DNA of 64,000 nucleotides from an uncultured Oscillospiraceae bacterium (GTDB taxonomy: Bacteria; Bacillota; Clostridia; Acetivibrionales; DTU013), in contig CAZBEQ010000001.1 of assembly GCA_964490975.1 (NCBI GenBank), positions 27,917-91,916 on the forward strand. The letters run 5' to 3'. How positions within the stretch are numbered: the stretch's first letter is position 1; every line of letters begins with the position of its first letter. Both the position numbers and the translations under genes were made by a program. The notes under the pieces are model-generated. The model saw only the letters and a list, made by a program, of their open reading frames with translations. It was not told the DNA's origin and did not search any database. Shown one piece after another: positions 58,347 to 64,000 of this stretch.

Positions 58347-61300
58347 TTAAGTGTTATAAAGCCGCCAGATCACCATAGCAGCCTGCTGCATAGTAAAGGT
58401 GCCCTTCGGATCAAGGAGCTTGTTATGGCCTACCAGAAAGCCTGCTTTTACAAGCATTGCCAGGCTGCCCTTTGCATAAGGCGATATTTTTCCTGTATCG
58501 CTGAACTTGTTCAAATCAGATATGCCGCCTGCTGAGTAATCCTTGTTAACTGCTTTTAATGCTCGTGCCACCATAGTTGACATATCCTGCCGGGTTATGC
58601 TCTGTTTCGCTCCAAGCTTGTTGTTCCCGATTCCGGTAGAAATTCCGTATTCTTTGGCAATAGCGGCCGCTTCATAATAAAAGTCTGTAGGCTTCACATC
58701 CGAGAAATTACTTTCACTTGTACCCTGAAGATCCAGTGCTGTTATCAGCAGATACAGGAATTCTCCTCTGGTAATATTTCTATTGGGGTTAAAAGAGCTT
58801 CCTTCTACCCATTCATAGAAGCCTTTGGACGCAAGTGTTTCTATCTCTGCTTTAGCATAAGACTTGGCCAGGTCATTGTAAGTTCTCTCTACATATACGG
58901 CTGCATATGTACTAAAATGTGTAACAGTGAAGGTCAGCTTTTTAGTAGTTGGGTCGTATCGGCCGCTGGGTACTGAAACAGCATTACCCTTTCCGTCAAT
59001 GTACCATACTACGATATGATTCGGGTTTTTCATTTCCTTTGCAGTCGGTGTATAATCCAGTGATACCTTTACCGGTGCCTTTTTGTTTTTCCAATTGATC
59101 TTTTTTCCGTCAACATAGGCAGTCAAATTGATCATCGGGCGATTACCGATTTTACTGGCAAGCTCTTTTGTAAGCTGTGAACGATCTGCATTGGTTATGG
59201 ATATCCCCACATTTTGCTTCTTGCTGGTTGTGCTTGCGATGAACATATTTCCGGGGATTGTGACTGAAGCGATAGGCGTATTAATCTCATACAACTCTTT
59301 AGCAGCTCCATTCCGGAAAAGCTCCGCTGGGATTTCCTGAAGGTATGTATTGGCGTTTGCTGTTTCAGGGACTATCAATGTCACAGTCTTCTTTCCGCTC
59401 TTGTCTGATACTGCCTGTTTCAAAGCGTCCTTCAACTGTTCGGTGTTAACTATAGTTTTTGCTGTTCCTGCTGTTACGGTTGGTTTTTGTGTAATTACCG
59501 GCGGAGGATTATTAGTGCCACCTGAAGGGTTGGTACCACCGCCAGCACCACCGGACGGATTAGTGCCGCTGCCATTACCGCCGGACGGATTAGTGCCGCT
59601 GCCATTACCGCCGGACGGATTAGTACCGCTGCCATTACCGCCGGACGGATTAGTGCCGCTGCCATTACCACCTGACGGATTAGTGCCGTCGCCAGTGCCA
59701 CCTGACGGAATTGGGTTTGGCACAACAGCTTTGCTGAATTCATCCGCACCTATGTCTGGCTTGACTTCACGGGTGTTTCTGTCAATATCCTCTGTTACTT
59801 CTGTCAGCTGCACACCCTGGTTAATAGCGCCAGTTGCAGCCTCTGTCAGGTGAAGGTCGCCCGAGGAGGCATTGACAACATATACCGAAGACAAATTGCC
59901 ACTGAGATTATGTTCATTCCGGCTGATGGTGAGGTTATTGTCAAATACAAGCCTTCCAAAAACAAGATTGTTGACCATCTGGGTGTTGGTGATGTTTTGG
60001 ATGAAACGAATTCCTCTGCCCTCTGAACTGTTGTTCAGCTGCCAGACTGTATTATTGTAGATTTTCACATTGTCGACATCGGAGCATTCAATGCCTGCGT
60101 CACTCTGGTAACCTGGTTTGCTCCCCGGCAGAATGAAATTGTTTTTGACCAGGGCTTCTTTCACATGGAATCCTCCGCCAAGGCTTGAACCCGGCAGACC
60201 AAGTGTGATTCCTCTGTCGCAGTTGATGATGCGGTTGCGTTGTATTGTCAGGTTTTCGGAGAAATGCCAGATCATAATGGCTGAGCGCCCTTCTCCGGTA
60301 ACTCCCTGAATGTTGTGAAATTCATTATCTTCAATTACCCAGTCGTCCAGCGACATCATATCGATCGCACTGGTATAATTTCCGTCAAAGTGCCATCCTC
60401 CTGTGGCTGGCGGGGTGACGGTATTTTCAAAATAGCAGTTCCTGATAGCTCCGCCTTTGATCCGCTTTGTGTTGGAATTGCTGTCCTTTGTTCCTTTAAT
60501 ATGGCGTGTGCCGATATCAATGAAGTGGCAGCTTTCAATGATTATTGCATTTGGGTTCGAATCACCGTCGAGTTCCAGCTTGATACCATAACCATGAGCC
60601 TGTGTAAACGTCAAACCGGATATGCTTATATTATTACAGTCTCCGATTCGCAGTATGTCATCAAGCTCATCGTAGGAACCTGTTCCTGTGAAATTTGTCC
60701 GCCCGCGTAAGATCACCTTAGCAGGGTTGCCGGATTGGCTTCTGATGGCAATATTGTCTACATTGTTCAGAATAAGAGGATTGCCGTTTTTATATTCGCC
60801 GTCGGCTATTACTATAGTATCCCCATCCTGTGCATTGCTTATAGCGTTTCGCAGTTCTGTGATCGTTGTAACTCTTACATTACGTTCCTGCGGGGGAGTG
60901 TTGTCCATGTTCCTGACCGTTATTACAACATCCTCGGTATCAGTTAGCTTTCCATCGCTCACTGTAAAGCGGATCTTATAGGTCCCGCTTTGATTATTGC
61001 CGGGTGTCCAGCTAAAAGCACGGGTACTGGCATTGAAGCTGATGCCGGCCGGCAGCGTTGTCGGTGAAACCGGACTTATCGAATAGGTCAACTTATCTCC
61101 GGAATTACGGTCTGCTGCATTGACGGTAAAGGAAAGATTCGCACCTTCGTTAACCGTTTTTGCCCCGATCGGTCCGAGTACAGGGGCATAATTTTGCTGC
61201 CCTGAAGGGGTGTTGTAGTTAATCTCCAGGGTCGGGCGTATTTCCTGCAGCCCGTTTTCGGAAGAGATTAGTTCCAGAGCTTTCCAGGCCTCCATGTGCT

Positions 61301-64000
61301 GCAGCATAAACCCATGATTTGGTGAACCATTCAGCCATACCAGTACTTGATTTGTAACATCGGCTACGATACATTCCTCACCTGCGGCCATCGTGCCGGT
61401 GAAAATAGCTGCATTGCCATAGGTCAGCCCATCATTCCATACAATACCGGAATGATTCCCGTTATTCCAGGTTCCTGTGCCTTCCTTCCAGGCACCGGTT
61501 ATAGTATAGATTTCATAATCAATATCCGATGTAACAGGTGAGCCTGTCCAAAGCTTTAGCTTTACTGAAGTAATATCGGTTTTGTCAACCCCTGACAGAT
61601 CAAAGCGGATAAGTCCCATTGTTCTATTAACTACATCGTCGTTATAAATATTCATACCAGACCCCCCTCCGAAGTTATCGTCTCCTCCCCAAAGCTGTGA
61701 GATATATGTATCCTGCACAGCAGAGGGATTTTCATTGGTGCGTCTGATAATTACTTTTGGATATTCGCTGGCTAAGATGCAGTAATGTGCAGTCGGTCCC
61801 CATGAGTTGCCATTACTGCCCCGAACATGGAAATACCAGGTCCCGTCGGAAGGGATATTAACATTAACGGTCGCTGAACTGCCTTCTGCCACAGTGTCCG
61901 TCGTTGTATAGGGGTTTGAGTCCAGGAGCCAGCTATAACTTGCCGGTATAGGCCCACTGTCATGGCTTATTTTGAATACCGCGTTAAGTCCCGCGGTCAA
62001 TGTTTTATATGGGTGGGTCGTAGAAGAGACCATAAGAATGGGTGCCTGCGTACCGTCTGCAGGTTCGTTGTCGAATACGATCCTCTTTAACTTTTCAGCC
62101 ATGTCCAGCGTCAAAACGCTTCTGATATTATAACCATCATTCCGCAGCGAAGCATCAGAAAGGTCTCCGGAGCCATAGGTGTGGGAGGGATGGACGCCAT
62201 CTCCCAAAAGGGCTGAACTCCAGTCATTGGGGTGCAGTTCCATAAACAAGCCGTACAGATCAACCAGTGGAATGTTCATTTCCCGGGCTACACGGCGAAT
62301 GACTGTGTTGGCTTCCACGACCTTCTGGTCATAGTTTGCGCGAGGGGGGATAGTACTTAGTACAGGAACGATTCCCTCATCGATATTGATCTGGATAAAA
62401 CGCTCCAGATTAGTTTCAAAGGACTGTGCATTCCACGAGGTGATATCGTTTGTGCCAAACATGGTCAGTGACCAGGACGGGTTTGCTGCCGTAATGCTGT
62501 TATCGATGGCTGCAAGGCCGTTTGTGATCCTCCAGCCGGAATCATTGCCATAGCTTCCGCCCTTGAAATTGTGTAACGGGTTGTTGTTTGAATTTGCTGA
62601 GGCGCCCATCCACATTAAAATTGGTTCATAATCGTGACTGTTGGAGGGAGGTGTGTCGATCATACCCCAGCTTGCCATGCTTCCGAGGTAAGCCTGTGAA
62701 TTAGTGATGCTGTCGCCCCATTGCCCGAGTACGCCTTCTTTTCGCCCCTTAGCATCGCCCCGGAGCTTGATAGCTCGGAGATTTGCTTTCATTGAAGCGT
62801 CTATTGCCGGAGTATATTTCAACCTGAGGTCGTACAGACTTGCTGTACCATTGGAAACTGTAATCACAACATCCTCAGAATCCGTCAGTTTTCCGTCGCT
62901 GACAGTAATACGGACGGTAAAGGCTCCACACTGATTTTGCCCGGGTATCCAGCTAAAAGCGCCATTGCCGGTGTTGAAGCTGATGCCGCTTGGCAATGCC
63001 GCCGGTGAAACCCCGCTGATGGAATAGACAAGGATATCGCTTCTGTCAGGATCGCTTCCGCTGGCTGTGAAATTCAGCGTTGAACCTGAAGAAACCGCTT
63101 TTGCTCCGATTACAGCAAGCACAGGAGGCTGATTTTGAATAGCAGTGGAGCTGCCTCCGGTGCTTCCGTCCCAGCCTGCAAGCCGTGCCCACAGATACCA
63201 GGCTGCGTAGGCCTTCATATTCGCGTTGAGCGGCTGGCTATGCGCCGAGCCGCAGCTGTACCAGTCCACATTCCGGGTATGGCTGTTTTGCCAGGCTGTT
63301 GCCCAGTTTTTATCCCTTGAACCGTTCCCGTCTGAGTCATAGTCGCAATTGTCATTGACTGCCTTATTCATATAATAGTTGCCATCCGGATCATAGCTTT
63401 CGATATCGGCATAATCAAACAGGATCTTATTATTTGTCAGGCAGTATTGGCGGATCTGCTCATTTCTACGATGAAGATTGCCATTTTCTCCGGATCCGTC
63501 AGTATGACCTGTCATATAAACAAATTCGACATTGGGATAATCTTTTTCCAACTGGCTCATGGTGCTCAGATAGGTGTTGATGGTTGCCTCCGAGGAGCCA
63601 CTGACTTGTCCGCACCAGGACCACATGACCACGTTGATGTTCGGATGTCTGCTCAAATAATCGCGTGTGATGCTGGGCCAACCTGAATTACCCAGATCGG
63701 CGCTGTATGTATCGGCCAGGTGCAGCGCTCCATTGCTGCCGTCCGGATTCCAGGCATAAGCGCTTCCCTTGAAGCCTGCCAGACCGGTCATGCCGTCAGA
63801 AACCTGGCTGCCATGGGAGGTATGGTTGTAATAGATATGAAGGTTGGTCTTTGCCTTGTTGATCCATTCTGCCGGTATGGCTTCCAAATCAGCCAGAGTG
63901 GCATTGCTGTGATCCGCAACGATAGCCGAAGAAGTGCCTTCTGCGGCGCTTGCGGCTAATGGCGGACATAAAAGTGTTATCAGAATTACTGCAATAAGAA
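58347..64000 (-). CDS. Giant SLH-anchored surface protein; 5' end outside window
   Basis: The frame stays open to base 64000 and encodes a signal peptide (LIAVILITLLCPPLAASA-AEG). Domains seen: two cadherin-like repeats, an SGNH/GDSL-like hydrolase (GDSITN...DGVHPS), a DNRLRE-like domain (GLIRFDLSG), parallel beta-helix repeats, a GTNPSGGNGS linker and C-terminal SLH repeats. Confidence 0.85.
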   Translation of the reverse strand, partial: LIAVILITLLCPPLAASAAEGTSSAIVADHSNATLADLEAIPAEWINKAKTNLHIYYNHTSHGSQVSDGMTGLAGFKGSAYAWNPDGSNGALHLADTYSADLGNSGWPSITRDYLSRHPNINVVMWSWCGQVSGSSEATINTYLSTMSQLEKDYPNVEFVYMTGHTDGSGENGNLHRRNEQIRQYCLTNNKILFDYADIESYDPDGNYYMNKAVNDNCDYDSDGNGSRDKNWATAWQNSHTRNVDWYSCGSAHSQPLNANMKAYAAWYLWARLAGWDGSTGGSSTAIQNQPPVLAVIGAKAVSSGSTLNFTASGSDPDRSDILVYSISGVSPAALPSGISFNTGNGAFSWIPGQNQCGAFTVRITVSDGKLTDSEDVVITVSNGTASLYDLRLKYTPAIDASMKANLRAIKLRGDAKGRKEGVLGQWGDSITNSQAYLGSMASWGMIDTPPSNSHDYEPILMWMGASANSNNNPLHNFKGGSYGNDSGWRITNGLAAIDNSITAANPSWSLTMFGTNDITSWNAQSFETNLERFIQINIDEGIVPVLSTIPPRANYDQKVVEANTVIRRVAREMNIPLVDLYGLFMELHPNDWSSALLGDGVHPSHTYGSGDLSDASLRNDGYNIRSVLTLDMAEKLKRIVFDNEPADGTQAPILMVSSTTHPYKTLTAGLNAVFKISHDSGPIPASYSWLLDSNPYTTTDTVAEGSSATVNVNIPSDGTWYFHVRGSNGNSWGPTAHYCILASEYPKVIIRRTNENPSAVQDTYISQLWGGDDNFGGGSGMNIYNDDVVNRTMGLIRFDLSGVDKTDITSVKLKLWTGSPVTSDIDYEIYTITGAWKEGTGTWNNGNHSGIVWNDGLTYGNAAIFTGTMAAGEECIVADVTNQVLVWLNGSPNHGFMLQHMEAWKALELISSENGLQEIRPTLEINYNTPSGQQNYAPVLGPIGAKTVNEGANLSFTVNAADRNSGDKLTYSISPVSPTTLPAGISFNASTRAFSWTPGNNQSGTYKIRFTVSDGKLTDTEDVVITVRNMDNTPPQERNVRVTTITELRNAISNAQDGDTIVIADGEYKNGNPLILNNVDNIAIRSQSGNPAKVILRGRTNFTGTGSYDELDDILRIGDCNNISISGLTFTQAHGYGIKLELDGDSNPNAIIIESCHFIDIGTRHIKGTKDSNSNTKRIKGGAIRNCYFENTVTPPATGGWHFDGNYTSAIDMMSLDDWVIEDNEFHNIQGVTGEGRSAIMIWHFSENLTIQRNRIINCDRGITLGLPGSSLGGGFHVKEALVKNNFILPGSKPGYQSDAGIECSDVDNVKIYNNTVWQLNNSSEGRGIRFIQNITNTQMVNNLVFGRLVFDNNLTISRNEHNLSGNLSSVYVVNASSGDLHLTEAATGAINQGVQLTEVTEDIDRNTREVKPDIGADEFSKAVVPNPIPSGGTGDGTNPSGGNGSGTNPSGGNGSGTNPSGGNGSGTNPSGGNGSGTNPSGGAGGGTNPSGGTNNPPPVITQKPTVTAGTAKTIVNTEQLKDALKQAVSDKSGKKTVTLIVPETANANTYLQEIPAELFRNGAAKELYEINTPIASVTIPGNMFIASTTSKKQNVGISITNADRSQLTKELASKIGNRPMINLTAYVDGKKINWKNKKAPVKVSLDYTPTAKEMKNPNHIVVWYIDGKGNAVSVPSGRYDPTTKKLTFTVTHFSTYAAVYVERTYNDLAKSYAKAEIETLASKGFYEWVEGSSFNPNRNITRGEFLYLLITALDLQGTSESNFSDVKPTDFYYEAAAIAKEYGISTGIGNNKLGAKQSITRQDMSTMVARALKAVNKDYSAGGISDLNKFSDTGKISPYAKGSLAMLVKAGFLVGHNKLLDPKGTFTMQQAAMVIWRLYNT
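59521..59700. repeat. Tandem 30-bp coding repeat (6 units, 3 perfect) encoding the (GTNPSGGNGS)n linker
   Basis: ccggacggattagtgccgctgccattaccg occurs at 59551, 59581, 59611 (one substitution) and 59641 (one substitution). Diverged units lie at 59521 and 59671. Confidence 0.95.

Noticed and set aside
59521-59700. Possible CRISPR or minisatellite (30-bp repeats)
   Set aside because: It lies in frame inside the SLH protein ORF and encodes a Gly/Ser/Asn/Pro linker. It is a coding repeat.

Overview
Clostridia-type (Firmicutes) chromosomal window, read by eye from the ORF track and raw sequence. No searches were run.

Core region (1 to ~24.7 kb):
- tail of a YitT-family gene, then an FMN riboswitch controlling ribU
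- a minus-strand arginine/carbamoyl-phosphate cluster (argC-argB-PilZ, then argD-carA-carB-argF-GNAT), with two identical ARG-box-like 17-mers
- an orphan MsmX-type ABC ATPase and a PucR-type regulator
- ftsE-ftsX followed by a coiled-coil M23 peptidase, an MFS transporter and an S41 protease
- an unannotated alpha/beta SASP, a SAM methyltransferase, cspA and hslO
- tRNA Val-Asp-Phe-Gly, a DUF3795 protein and tRNA-Cys

Accessory region (tRNA-Cys to ~55 kb):
- A 122-bp direct repeat containing the 3' 45 nt of tRNA-Cys (24715-24836 and 49380-49501) brackets a ~24.7 kb island.
- A further 16-nt tRNA-Cys 3' remnant at 54502-54517 suggests a second, tandem ~5 kb element.
- An inverted, diverged tRNA-like remnant at 55019-55044 abuts a 5'-truncated 4Fe-4S gene.

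Island 1 carries several decayed genes: two frameshifted phage/ICE-type genes, a resolvase pseudogene and an HNH pseudogene full of stop codons. It also carries two intact candidate defence loci:
- HTH + Dcm C5-methyltransferase + GHKL ATPase + Z1 NTPase + PD-(D/E)XK + AIPR. This Mza-like operon has, to my knowledge, no established mechanism. It is the most interesting system here.
- An ABC/SMC-like ATPase with an RloB/TOPRIM-like partner (AbiL- or PARIS-like).

The right end (55-64 kb) has a polyferredoxin pair, a GGDEF cyclase and a >1880-aa SLH-anchored multidomain surface protein that runs off the window.

Other unexplained sequence:
- a 3 x 58-bp tandem repeat between ftsX and the M23 gene
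- a GC-rich, helix-forming ~260-nt intergenic block after the MsmX terminator
- three tandem duplications upstream of the FMN riboswitch
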